From assembly GCA_963812155.1 (NCBI GenBank), contig CAWETW010000001.1:64001-128000 (forward strand): a DNA stretch of 64,000 bases, written 5' to 3'. The DNA is from Vulcanimicrobiota bacterium (lineage in GTDB: Bacteria; Vulcanimicrobiota; Vulcanimicrobiia; Vulcanimicrobiales; Vulcanimicrobiaceae). The notes beneath the pieces were generated by a model. That model was not told where the DNA came from and did no database searches. It worked only from the letters and a program-made list of their open reading frames with translations. Both the position numbers and the translations under genes were made by a program. Numbering within the stretch: the first letter of the stretch is position 1; every line of letters begins with the position of its first letter. Shown piece after piece: positions 1-10,077 of the stretch.

Positions 1-951
1 GCTGACGGCCTACGTGCTGCTCGACGGCTACGATCTCGGCATCGCCACCATTTCACCGTTCATCGCACACACCGACCGCGAGCGCGCAGCCACGATGGCG
101 GCCATCGGACCGTTTTGGAACGGAAACGAAGTGTGGCTCATCGCCGGCGGCGGCGCACTTTTTGCGCTCTTTCCGGCCGCGTACGCCTCGTCGTTCTCGG
201 GATTCTACCTGCCGTTCATCGTCGTGTTGTGGATGCTGATGTTTCGCGGCATCGCGATGGAACTGCGCGATCATTTGGATTCGCAGCTCTGGCGCCAATT
301 TTGGGACGCGGCTTTCTGGCTCTCGAGCCTGCTGCTCGTCGTGCTCTTCGGCGTCGCGCTGGGCAATCTGGTGCGCGGACTGCCGCTCGACGCGCACGGC
401 TATTTCACTGGTACGTTCGCATTCTTGCTCAACCCGTACGCGCTGCTGGTCGCGGTGCTGGCGGTGGCGTCGCTGGCGCAACACGGCGCGGCATTCGCGC
501 GGCTGCGTATCGACGGCGCGCCGGCGGAGCGTGCGGCGCAATTGATGGCACGATTGTGGTGGGTCGTGCTCGCACTCTACGTCGCGGTGAGCGCCGCGAC
601 GTTCGCCGTGCGCGGAACTCCGGCGGCGGTGTGGCTCTTCGTCGTTCCCGCAATTTCGCTCGTTTCGTTGATCGCGCTGCGGTCGCGTCGGGGGCGGGTC
701 GCAACGGCGTCGCCTTCGCGGCGTCGTCGCTTTTCATCGCCTCGCTGCTGGTCGAAACGGCCGGAACGCTCTATCCGTATTTGTTGCCCGCCTATCCGCC
801 GGGCCGCGGGGGCGTTTCGATCGTCGATGCCTCGCCGTCGCCGGTCGCGCTCACGGTCGGCTTGAGCGTCGCAATCGGCGGAAGCGTCGCGGTGCTGCTC
901 TACGCATCTGCGGTGTGGCGCGTGCTGGCGGGAAAGGTCCGCGTGGAGTGA
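1..951 (+). CDS. cydB: Cytochrome bd ubiquinol oxidase subunit II (5' partial, frameshift near 680)
   Basis: LDGYDLG, GPFWNGNEVWLI and FRGIAMELR motifs in ORF 14..865; the hydrophobic C-terminus (LYPYLLP...AGKVRVE) continues in the frame of ORF 115..951. Confidence 0.9.
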   Translation, partial: ADGLRAARRLRSRHRHHFTVHRTHRPRARSHDGGHRTVLERKRSVAHRRRRRTFCALSGRVRLVVLGILPAVHRRVVDADVSRHRDGTARSFGFAALAPILGRGFLALEPAARRALRRRAGQSGARTAARRARLFHWYVRILAQPVRAAGRGAGGGVAGATRRGIRAAAYRRRAGGACGAIDGTIVVGRARTLRRGERRDVRRARNSGGGVALRRSRNFARFVDRAAVASGAGRNGVAFAASSLFIASLLVETAGTLYPYLLPAYPPGRGGVSIVDASPSPVALTVGLSVAIGGSVAVLLYASAVWRVLAGKVRVE

Positions 952-2081
952 ACGATGCCGTTGCTCGCGCGCTCGCGTCGTACGATCGATCGCGCCTGAC
1001 CCTAACGTCGATCGGCAGCCATTCGGCGCTGGAGGTTGCGTCCGGTGCGCGCGCGCACGGCTTGCGCAATCTCGTCGTCACCGCGAAGGGCCGCGAGCGG
1101 ACCTACACCGAGCACTTTCTCGCCGGCGAATCGCCGCCGCGCGGCTGCGTCGACGCGGTGCTCGAACTCGACGCGTTCCCCGACATCCTCCGCGACGACG
1201 TGCAGCAGCGGCTGCTCGCCGAAAACGTGATTTTCGTCCCGAACCGTTCGTTCGAAGTCTACCTGCATCAGCGCTACTGCTACGACGAGATCGAACGCGG
1301 GATGCTCGTTCCGTTCTTCGGAAACCGCGGCTTGCTGCGCGCCGAAGAGCGCGACGAAGGGCGCAATCAGTACGCTCTCATGGAGCGCGCGGGCATCCGT
1401 TACCCAAGCGCTTTGCGGAGCCCGACAGAGATCGATCGTCTCGTGATGGTCAAAGCGCCGCACGCCACGGTGAGTTTCGAGCGCGCGTTCTTTCTTGCAT
1501 CGTCGCCGGCCGAGTACGAAGCGGCCGCCGCACGTTTGATCGACGCGGGCATGCTTGCTCGTAAGGGGCTTGGCGGCGCCGTGATCGAGGAGTATGCGCT
1601 CGGACCGTCGGTCAACCTCAATTTCTTTTATTCGCCGATCCTCGGCGAACTGGAACTGAGCGGCACCGACACGCGGCGCCAGACGAACCTCGAAGGCTTT
1701 CGCAACGTGCCGCCGTCGGCGCTCGCGACGCTGCACGACGTGCCGATGCGGCTCGAAGAGGCCGGCCACATCGCCGCGACGCTGACCGAATCGATGCTGG
1801 AGAAGGCCTTCGAGATGGGGGAGCGCTTCGTGGCGGCCGCGGCTGCCGAGTATCCGCCCGGCGTGATCGGGCCGTTCGCGCTGCAGTGCGTCATCGTCGC
1901 CGGACCGCCGAAGGAATTCGTCTGCTACGACGTTTCGCTGCGCATCCCGGGGTCACCGGGAACGCGGTATACGCCGTATTCGGCCTATCGCTGGGGCCGC
2001 GACGTCTCGGTCGGCGAGCGCATTGCCATGGAAATCGTCATGGCGCGCGACACCAATCGCCTCGAAGATGTTTTGACCTAG
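948..2081 (+). CDS. purP: PurP-family ATP-grasp protein (archaeal-type FAICAR synthetase-like, DUF1246/DUF1297)
   Basis: IGSHSAL, FVPNRSF, FGNRGLLRAEER, NLNFFYSPI, GPFALQ and ERIAMEI motifs; GTG start overlaps the cydB stop; next to purine genes. Confidence 0.85.
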   Translation: MNDAVARALASYDRSRLTLTSIGSHSALEVASGARAHGLRNLVVTAKGRERTYTEHFLAGESPPRGCVDAVLELDAFPDILRDDVQQRLLAENVIFVPNRSFEVYLHQRYCYDEIERGMLVPFFGNRGLLRAEERDEGRNQYALMERAGIRYPSALRSPTEIDRLVMVKAPHATVSFERAFFLASSPAEYEAAAARLIDAGMLARKGLGGAVIEEYALGPSVNLNFFYSPILGELELSGTDTRRQTNLEGFRNVPPSALATLHDVPMRLEEAGHIAATLTESMLEKAFEMGERFVAAAAAEYPPGVIGPFALQCVIVAGPPKEFVCYDVSLRIPGSPGTRYTPYSAYRWGRDVSVGERIAMEIVMARDTNRLEDVLT

Positions 2082-2138
2082 TATCCCGACTCGTGAGCCG
2101 GGACACTCACATACGACGATACCGTACGGAGGAAGAAG

Positions 2139-2677
2139 ATGACCACGCACAACGTCCAGGAGCGCACCGGGTTGGTGACCTTCAAAGGCAACCCGATGAC
2201 GCTGCACGGCCCGGCACTGCAGACCGGCGCGCCGGCGCCGGAATTTTTCCTCACCGCATCGGACATGGCGACGATGACGCTCGACTCGCTGGTAGATAGT
2301 GGGAACCGGGCCGCGATGCTCATCGTCGTGCCCTCGCTCGATACGAGCGTCTGTTCGCTCGAATCGCAGACGTTCAACCGGCGGCTCGGCGAGCTGCCCG
2401 CGGGCGTCAAGGCGTACGTCGTCAGCGTGGATTTGCCGTTCGCGATGGCGCGCTGGGCGGCCGCGCAAGGCGACGTGAACCTCGGGATGCTCTCCGACTA
2501 TCGCGATCACAATTTCGGTCTCACTTACGGTTTGTACCTCGCGAGCTCGCGCTGCTGGCCCGCGCGATCGTGGTGATCGGCAAAGACAAGAGCGTCAAAT
2601 ACGTCCAGATCGTTCCGGAGGTCGCGCAGGAGCCGGATTACGACGAGGCCTTGAAGGCGGCCGCCGCTGCCGCCTAG
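2139..2677 (+). CDS. tpx: Thiol peroxidase (frameshift near 2540)
   Basis: VTFKGNPMTL, VPSLDTSVC and SVDLPFA motifs; the tail ARAIVVIGKD...VPEVAQEPDYD is in a shifted frame ending at TAG 2675-2677. Confidence 0.9.
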
Positions 2678-4231
2678 TTCGCCGTCACCGCGCACCGTCT
2701 TCATTCTGGATTTTGGCGCGCAATACAGCCAATTGATCGCGCGCCGCATGCGCGAACTCGGCTCGTACTGCGAAATCGTTCCCTACGATACGCCCTGGAG
2801 CGCGATCGCCGGCGCGCGAACCTGCCGCGTTCATTCTGTCGGGCGGCCCCGAGAGCACGCTCGTCGACGGACGCGCCCGACATCGACCCCGCAATGTCTC
2901 GCTAGCGGCGTGCCGATGCTCGGAATCTGTTACGGCATGCAGCTGATGGCGCGCGATTTCGGCGCCGAACTCGTGAAGCTCGAGCACGCCGAGTACGGAC
3001 CGGCGACGCTGCACGTGGACGATCGCTCGACGCCCGCTCTTCGTGGGCGTTGCCGGCGACTCGCGCGTGTGGATGTCGCACGGCGATTCGGTCGTAAAGC
3101 TGCCGCCCGGTTTCGCGTGCTTCGCGCTCGACCCAGCGCTGCGACGTCGCGGCGATGGGCGACCCGGCGCGTAAGATCTACGGCGTGCAGTTTCATCCCG
3201 AAGTCGTGCACACCGAGCACGGCACGACGATCCTGCGCAACTTCCTGCAAAGCGTCGCTGGGCTGGCGGACGACTGGGAGATGGACTCGTTCGTCGACCG
3301 TGCGATCGCGGCGATTCGCCGCAGGTCGGCAGCGACGACGTCATCTGCGCGCTTTCGGGCGGCGTCGACTCGGCCGTTGCGGCGACGCTCGTGTCGCGCG
3401 CGATCGGCGACCAGCTCACCTGCGTTTTCGTCGATCACGGGTTGTTGCGCAAAGACGAAGCCGAGCAGGTGCTGGCGGCATTCCGCGACGTGCTGCACCT
3501 CAACGTCGTCGTCGTCGACGCGCGCGAGCGGTTCTTGAGCAAGCTCGACGGCGTCGTCGATCCCGAGGAGAAGCGCGTCATCATCGGGCACGAGTTCATC
3601 CGCGTGTTCGAAGAAGAAGCCGAGCGGCTTCCGAACGTGTCACTTCCTCGTGCAGGGCACGCTCTATCCCGACGTCATCGAATCGAAGACGCCGCAAAGC
3701 AAGGCCGGCCACAAGATCAAGTCGCATCACAACGTCGGCGGCCTGCCCGAGCGGATGAATCTGCGGCTGGTCGAGCCGCTGCGCGCGTTGTTCAAGGACG
3801 AAGTGCGCGAGCTCGGGCGCGTGCTCGGCTTGCCCGAACATATCGTAAGTCGCCAGCCGTTTCCCGGACCCGGCCTGGCGGTGCGCATCATCGGCGCGAT
3901 CACGCCGGAACGCTTGGAGACCGTCCGCGAAGCCGATGCGATCGTTCGCGAGGAGATCGACGCGGCGCCGCTCGATCCGCATCCGTGGCAGTATTTCGCC
4001 GTGTTGACGCCCGTGCAAAGCGTCGGCGTGATGGGCGACGGTCGCACCTACGCAAATCTGGTCGCGGTCCGCGCGATCACGAGCGAAGACGGCATGACGG
4101 CCGACTGGGCGCGCCTGCCGCACGCCCTGCTCGAGCGGATATCCACGCGCATCGTCAACGAGGTGCGCGGCGTGAACCGCGTCGCGTACGACATTACGAC
4201 AAAGCCGCCGGCCACGGTCGAGTGGGAGTAG
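2667..4231 (+). CDS. guaA: GMP synthase, glutamine-hydrolysing (several frameshifts; start uncertain)
   Basis: [56 protein letters not shown] and KPPATVEWE, spread across different frames. Confidence 0.92.
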
Positions 4232-4242
4232 GTCTAAGCGGC

Positions 4243-5506
4243 ATGCGGATACTCGTCGTCGGAAGCGGAGCGCGCGAAGACGCGCTCTCGTGGCGGCTCG
4301 CGCAATCGGCATCGTGCGAAGCGATATTCGCCGCTCCCGGGAACGCCGGAACGGCTTCGCGCGGAGAAAACTGGACCGTCGCGGCGACCGACGGTAAAGC
4401 GCTTGCGGAGCGCTGCCTGACCGAACGCATCGATTGTGCGGTGCTCGGCCCCGAGACGGCGATCGCCGCCGGCGTCGGCGACCGGTTGCGCGAGGCGGGC
4501 ATCTCGGTCTTCGGGCCGAATCGCTCGGCCGGGCGGCTCGAATCGAGCAAGGTGTTCGCGAAGCGCTTCATGGAGCGTCACGGCATTCCGACGGCGCGCG
4601 GCGTCGTCGTCCATTCGCTCGACGGTGCCGAAAAAGCGCTCGAGTCGTGGAGCGGCGGCGTGGTCGTCAAAGCCGACGGCTTGCCGCCGGCAAAGGCGTC
4701 GTCGTCTGCGATCGTCCCGTCGAACGCCCGAGCCGTGCTCGCCGAGTGGTACGCGAACAACAAAATTCCGGGCGGCGGCTCCGACGTACTGCTGGAGGAG
4801 ATGCTGGCGGGTCGCGAGGTCAGCGTCTTTGCGCTCGCCGACGGCCGCGCGATGGTGCCGATTGCCGCCGCGTGCGACTACAAGCGCGCCGGCGACGGCG
4901 ACACCGGACCGAACACCGGCGGAATGGGCGCGTACTCGCCGCCCGCGGGTTTCCCCGACGATCTCGACGACCAGGTGCGCGAACGCATCCTCGCGCCGGT
5001 GTTGCGCGGCTTGCTCGCGGAGGGCGAAGAGTACGTCGGCGTGCTCTACTGCGGCCTGATGTGGACGGCCGACGGTCCGTACGTCATCGAGTTCAACGTG
5101 CGCTTCGGCGATCCCGAGACGCAAGTGTTGATGCCGCGCGTTCGACGGCGACTTCGCCGCGCTGATCAAGTCTGCAGCCGACGGAGCGATGGATCTGTCG
5201 CTCGCGACGTTCTCTCCGGAGAGTTGCGTCGGCGTCGTTTTGGCGACGAGCGACTACCCGCGCAGCAACACGCCGCTCAAAGGGCTCAACGCCGACGTCT
5301 CGCTCGGAGACGGCGTCAGGCGTTTTGGGGCGGCTCGACGCTCGTCGGACGGCCACGTCAATACCGGTGGCGGCCGCGTGCTCACCGTCACGGCGCTCGG
5401 CGACGATCTACCGCAAGCTCGTGGGAACGCTTACGCTGCGGTGAAAACGCTCGCGTCACGCCTCGGCACAAACGCGTTGACCTACCGCACCGACATCGGC
5501 ACCTAG
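4243..5506 (+). CDS. purD: Phosphoribosylamine--glycine ligase (frameshifted)
   Basis: [40 protein letters not shown] and C-terminal TGGGRVL...YRTDIG. Confidence 0.93.
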
Positions 5507-5611
5507 CGAGCGCATTCGATCGTCACGCACAATCGCGCCCGCCGGTAGCGGGCGCGATTGATTGGAAGGGCATCCGTTTATCTCGTTGCTTGCCGCCGAG
5601 ACTTCGCCCCG

Positions 5612-6463
5612 TTACATGACGTAGAGTTGCAGCGATCCTGGATCGACGTAGTAGACGCCGCCCATGACGTACTGATTGGGATACGCGCACATCACGCCGT
5701 TGTTCGGCCCGTAGATGTATACGAGATCCTGCCGCCCGCACGCGACCGGCTGGAGGCCGTAGTTCTGGTACAAATACCATCCGGGGTACGCGTAGCTAGG
5801 CGCGGAGTAGTAGTTTTGGTCCCAGATCCCCTGACCGGCTAACAGCGAGACGGCCGCGAACGGACCCCAGAAACCGCCGCCCCAGTAGTTCGTCTGCGGA
5901 TACCACTGGTAGCCGCCGTTCCACGCCCAGTTGGACGCGTACGGACGCGGGTTGACCAAGACGTAGTTGGTCCGGTAGACCGTTGGGTGGTACCAGGCCG
6001 GACGCGGCGCGTAGGCCCAGGCGGGTCGCCGCCAGCCAGGTGCCGGCGCACGCCAATACGGCCTCCGGTTGGGATGCCACGGATTGAGCGTCGGCCTCGG
6101 CGTCGGCCGCTGACCTGGGCGCCTCGTCGGGGCAGGAAGCGTATGAACCGGGCGCGGCTTCATCGTTTCGATGGGTGGCTTCATGGTGCGTACGGGAGCC
6201 GGCTTCATCGTTTCGATGGGCGGCTTCATCGTGCGCATCGGTGCGGGCTTCGCGGTGTGCATCGGTGCCGGCTTCATCGTGTGAACCGGCGTTGGACTCT
6301 TCGGTGGCTTGGCTGCCGTATTCGGAGCCTTGTCGGGATTCTTGGGCGCGGGCGTCTGATCCGCGACGACTATGGAAGTGGGAATGCCGCGAGCGACGGC
6401 CGGGGCTGTCCCGGCGAACGCGACGGCGATGACGATTGAAGTAAGGCGAGCGTGCGTGTGCAT
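5612..6463 (-). CDS. Secreted Pro-rich hypothetical protein with TMKP repeats and a Trp/Tyr-rich C-terminus
   Basis: Signal peptide, upstream GGAGG RBS, repeated TMKPAP/TMKPPIE, C-terminal domain with a Cys pair. Confidence 0.7.
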   Translation of the reverse strand: MHTHARLTSIVIAVAFAGTAPAVARGIPTSIVVADQTPAPKNPDKAPNTAAKPPKSPTPVHTMKPAPMHTAKPAPMRTMKPPIETMKPAPVRTMKPPIETMKPRPVHTLPAPTRRPGQRPTPRPTLNPWHPNRRPYWRAPAPGWRRPAWAYAPRPAWYHPTVYRTNYVLVNPRPYASNWAWNGGYQWYPQTNYWGGGFWGPFAAVSLLAGQGIWDQNYYSAPSYAYPGWYLYQNYGLQPVACGRQDLVYIYGPNNGVMCAYPNQYVMGGVYYVDPGSLQLYVM

Positions 6464-6674
6464 CTATTTAAAAACCTCCGTCCGGACTTCTAGATACCCA
6501 GGAAGCCCGCAGAGTATGCCGCTTACCGCACGCTTAGTCTTAAACGTTCATTAGGGGCGCTGGGTAGCTGAACTGCGCGTCGATCTGTTCGGGCAAATGT
6601 CACGAGAGGCTAGTTGCTTCGAATAAATCTTGAAGGATAAAATTAAAGGGAAGGGTGAGCCGAGCGCAACGACG

Positions 6675-7109
6675 TTATTTCGAAGGCTCCACGCCGCCAA
6701 ACAGCGCGAATCGCGTCCGCTCTCTGAGTGTACGCCGCGACATGGCAAGTTCTCGTTCCGGATCAACAGAGCCGCGTACGAAAGACGGTCCTAGAGGCAA
6801 GCCGCTAACTTGAACGGCGCCGGAGGCGATCTCCCGGAGCGCCGTCATTGCCGGCTTTTCAGGGTTCGCATTCATTATCAGCGGCGGAGCGCCGCCGAGG
6901 AGCTGACGGGAGCGTTTTGCAATGGCGTTGACCGCCGTGAATGGAGAACCGCTCTTGTGGACGGCCTGTTCCGCCGAGTTGCGAATGATTTGAGGCGCTT
7001 CGCTCGACTTGACGTTGGAAGGCGATTTTACCACACGCTTGACGGCCTTTGGAATGCCTTCGGCCAACCTCTCATCGGGTTCCGCGAGCACATCGAGCAT
7101 GTCAGACAT
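6675..7109 (-). CDS. rpoZ: RNA polymerase omega subunit-like protein with N- and C-terminal extensions
   Basis: SPFTAVNAIAKRSRQLLGGAPPLI...EKPAMTALREIASG matches the omega core pattern (AKRARQL...KP..IALREI..G); RBS AAAGGGA. Confidence 0.7.
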   Translation of the reverse strand: MSDMLDVLAEPDERLAEGIPKAVKRVVKSPSNVKSSEAPQIIRNSAEQAVHKSGSPFTAVNAIAKRSRQLLGGAPPLIMNANPEKPAMTALREIASGAVQVSGLPLGPSFVRGSVDPERELAMSRRTLRERTRFALFGGVEPSK

Positions 7110-7219
7110 TGTGGGTTCCCTTTCAGTAAAAAAAGCTGCCTCGCGTCAGATACCCCTCAGAGAGCGGCAGTGACGATGGGCAGTCTTTTCATAGGTGCCG
7201 AGAGTTGCTGTGAGAGTTC

Positions 7220-7228
7220 AGTATAGCA
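7220..7228 (-). promoter_or_regulatory. Extended -10 promoter (TGcTATACT) upstream of the omega-like gene
   Basis: Reverse complement of agtatagca; about 110 nt upstream of the ATG. Confidence 0.5.
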
Positions 7229-7285
7229 TACCTTGCGGGGTTATCGGTCAGTCGCTGAGCTTGACATTGGAAAAGCCCACGTAAC

Positions 7286-7528
7286 TCACGAGCGTGAAGC
7301 CGTTGAAGCCGGCTGCAAGCATCGAGGGCTTATCCGGACCGTAATGCGTGGTTCCGGTGCGGAACCGGCTGTCGAACCCGCGATCAGAACTTTAGCTTTG
7401 TCCAGGATTTCCTCGAGAGTAGCGCCCTCGACGATCGAGCGCAACTCGGCACACAAACCGATCAAACGTCCACTCTCACGGTGAACGTACAGTCCAAACG
7501 TATTGCTTGATTGGAGCAACGTTTTCAC
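7286..7528 (-). CDS. Small HicB-like domain protein
   Basis: Beta-beta-beta-alpha pattern LIGLCAEL..IVEGATLEEILDKAK; strong RBS GGAGGAGGTG. Confidence 0.5.
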   Translation of the reverse strand: MKTLLQSSNTFGLYVHRESGRLIGLCAELRSIVEGATLEEILDKAKVLIAGSTAGSAPEPRITVRISPRCLQPASTASRS

Positions 7529-7553
7529 CGCATCACCTCCTCCGAGTTCAGCA

Positions 7554-8468
7554 TTAGGCGGGCGCGTGGGTTGCTTTCCCCTGCGGCGCTTTTCCCTGCG
7601 CTGACTTAGGTGCAGGTGCGGCCTTGCCGTTAGACTGTGCGCCGGGTGGTTTCATCGCGTGTTGTGGAGGCGCGGCAGCCTTCCCGGATTTCGCATTCGG
7701 TACCGACATATGTGCCGGTTCGGAAGCAGGCTTCGAGTACGTTCCGTGGCCGATCGATTTGAAGTCGGCCGGCCGATTCGTCGAGCTGAACGCGTGCGAG
7801 GTTACCACTGCGGCAGGTTTGCCGTGATTGACGTTCACGTATAGGTTGCGGTCCTGTTGGGCTTCGGCGATGTGCGCTCGCTGCATTGGGGTAGCACCAA
7901 TGTGGGGTTCGTGTGCCCACGCAAGCTGTTGCGCGTCGGGGTGCATGCGAACGCCGCCCGGGCCATTGTAGCCGTACCGATTGACGTTATGCACGACGAC
8001 CGTTTTGTTCACGTACACGTTTCGTATATAGCGCGAATTGACGCTCGTGACGGCAGTGTTATATCGGAACGCGTTGCCGTGCCAACCGCCGCCGACGTAA
8101 CCGGTACCATAGTATCCGGCTCCGTAGTTGACTCCGCCGTAGTAACCAACGTTACGTCCCCAGTAGCCGTCATTCCAGGCATAGTTGTTCTGCTGTTGCT
8201 GGTATCCCCAAAATCCGGGCGTCCAGAGAAGGCCCGCTTGCGGGGCGGCCATCCACGTGCCGGGTACCCAGTAGTAGCCGTCTTGGCCCTCGCCCCAGTA
8301 CCCAGGGATCCACTGGTAATTCGGGTCGGAAACCGGTGGTTGCTGATATTGGGGCATCAGCGGTGGAGCAGAGAAACTCACGTACACCTGGGCGTTCGTC
8401 GCCACGGGAAGCGCAAGCGAGGGAATAAGCGCGCAAATCGCGAGAAGTGACAGCTTGAAGAGCCGCAT
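7554..8468 (-). CDS. Secreted YXWGXW-repeat protein
   Basis: Signal peptide; YQWIPGYW, YYWVPGTW, LWTPGFW and YAWNDGYW repeats; low-complexity tail. Confidence 0.85.
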   Translation of the reverse strand: MRLFKLSLLAICALIPSLALPVATNAQVYVSFSAPPLMPQYQQPPVSDPNYQWIPGYWGEGQDGYYWVPGTWMAAPQAGLLWTPGFWGYQQQQNNYAWNDGYWGRNVGYYGGVNYGAGYYGTGYVGGGWHGNAFRYNTAVTSVNSRYIRNVYVNKTVVVHNVNRYGYNGPGGVRMHPDAQQLAWAHEPHIGATPMQRAHIAEAQQDRNLYVNVNHGKPAAVVTSHAFSSTNRPADFKSIGHGTYSKPASEPAHMSVPNAKSGKAAAPPQHAMKPPGAQSNGKAAPAPKSAQGKAPQGKATHAPA

Positions 8469-8659
8469 GGGGTTTGTTCCTTAGACTTTATCCGAATCGC
8501 CGCAAAGGCGAATTAGCTCGGGAGCGAGCTTGTGTTCTCAAGAGCATATCCGAACCCGTTGACCAAAGTCGGCACGCTTTCGCACCAGGAGTGCACTCTG
8601 GACTCGAAAAATGCTTTTCCGACACGCCGGCGATCAGGAGTCAGGAAGTATCCAAAAAC

Positions 8660-9394
8660 ATGAAGGCTGAGCGCGCTCTCCAACCGACCGAGACCATACT
8701 CAAGCAAAACGCGATTTTCGCTGGGTTGAGCGCGTCCATGATCGCAGAGGTCATGGAGGTCGGAAAGCTCATCGAGCTCGATACGCCGCAGCAGATTTAC
8801 GAGGCTGGGCGTCCGATACGAGAAGTCTATTTTCCGATCGACGCGGTGCTCTCAGTCGTAACGCAGATGCGCGATGGCGGCTCGATCGAGGTAGGAACGG
8901 TCGGCCGCGAGGGCGTGTCGGCAATTCCGCTACTACTCGGTGCGACGACCTCGGCCAACGAGAGTTATTGCCAGGTTCAGGGCCGCGCCGTGGTCATTAG
9001 CAGCGACCATTTCCGCCGGTTGCTTAGCGCCGGCGACGAGCAGCTTCGTAGCGTAATGGATCGATTTTTGCAAGCCTACGTGAATATGTTGGGGCAACTC
9101 GCCGCTTGCAACGGTATGCATAGCATCTACGAACGCTGTGCTCGCTGGCTGCTGCTAACCCACGACCGCGTAAATTCCGACGAAATCGCGCTCACGCACG
9201 AATATCTGGCGATGATGTTGGGAACACGCCGTTCCGGCGTTACCATCGCGGCCGCCACGCTTGCGCAAGCCGGATTCATTCGCTACGCTCACGGGCACAT
9301 CGTGATCTTGAATCGCGAAGGCCTGGAAAACGCCTCATGCGAGTGCTATGCCGTCGCGCGCGAGCAGTTTGGCACACTGCTGAACGTGCAATAG
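8660..9394 (+). CDS. Crp/Fnr-family transcriptional regulator
   Basis: cNMP-binding fold (EVGTVGREG); HTH region ERCARWLL...LTHEYLAMMLGTRRSGVT. Confidence 0.9.
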   Translation: MKAERALQPTETILKQNAIFAGLSASMIAEVMEVGKLIELDTPQQIYEAGRPIREVYFPIDAVLSVVTQMRDGGSIEVGTVGREGVSAIPLLLGATTSANESYCQVQGRAVVISSDHFRRLLSAGDEQLRSVMDRFLQAYVNMLGQLAACNGMHSIYERCARWLLLTHDRVNSDEIALTHEYLAMMLGTRRSGVTIAAATLAQAGFIRYAHGHIVILNREGLENASCECYAVAREQFGTLLNVQ

Positions 9395-9465
9395 AGTCGA
9401 GACTAGCAACGAGTGCGCGAAAGCGTACAGATTCGTGCGCTAGACCCGTGTTACGGTAAACTTTC

Positions 9466-9876
9466 ATGCATGCACTACGGACGGCATTCGCTGCAGCAAC
9501 GATCGTCGCAATCACTTGCGCCGTGGCTAGCGCTTACCCGTCAACTCTGAAGGTTCAACTATACGCTCAGAATCGACCGGGCGAAACCGGCACGGCGACC
9601 TTCGAGCAGATCCCAGGCGGCGTCCAGGTCGTCGTCAGAATGGCCGGCGGTCAAAACGGCACGCAGCCCATCCATATCCATACGGGTTCATGCGCAAACC
9701 TGAACCCGATACCCGCGTATACCCTAACCAACATCGTCCACGGAAGCAGCACGACGACGATATCGGGCATCGACCTCGGCGATCTACTCAAGGGCAATTA
9801 CGTTATCGACGTTCATGAGGGCAGCGCCGACATAGAAAAGTATGTGGCCTGCGCGGCAATTGCAATCTCGAAGTAA
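9466..9876 (+). CDS. Secreted CHRD/Cu-Zn-SOD-like domain protein
   Basis: Signal peptide; QPIHIHTGSC and YVIDVH...YVAC motifs. Confidence 0.6.
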   Translation: MHALRTAFAAATIVAITCAVASAYPSTLKVQLYAQNRPGETGTATFEQIPGGVQVVVRMAGGQNGTQPIHIHTGSCANLNPIPAYTLTNIVHGSSTTTISGIDLGDLLKGNYVIDVHEGSADIEKYVACAAIAISK

Positions 9877-10077
9877 GCGACTGCCACGTGAGAATGCCGG
9901 CTAAGCCGCATTTCTCGGCGAAGGGCCGCGCTCGATAGTCGAGATAGTTGGTTCCGACCGCTCGAGCAGTTTGGTTCCTTTGCCCGCCGTAGCGGGCATG
10001 CCGCCGGCTCCCGGGCCGAGGGCTCGCCCGCTGGTCGCGTGGAACTCCAACGCCGGACGGAGGTTCTCAAGCAGCGT

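Noticed and set aside
3391..5619. Apparent 742-aa GuaA-PurD fusion ORF
   Set aside because: Artefact of the guaA frameshift near 3640. The real GuaA C-terminus ends at 4231 in another frame, and purD has its own ATG at 4243
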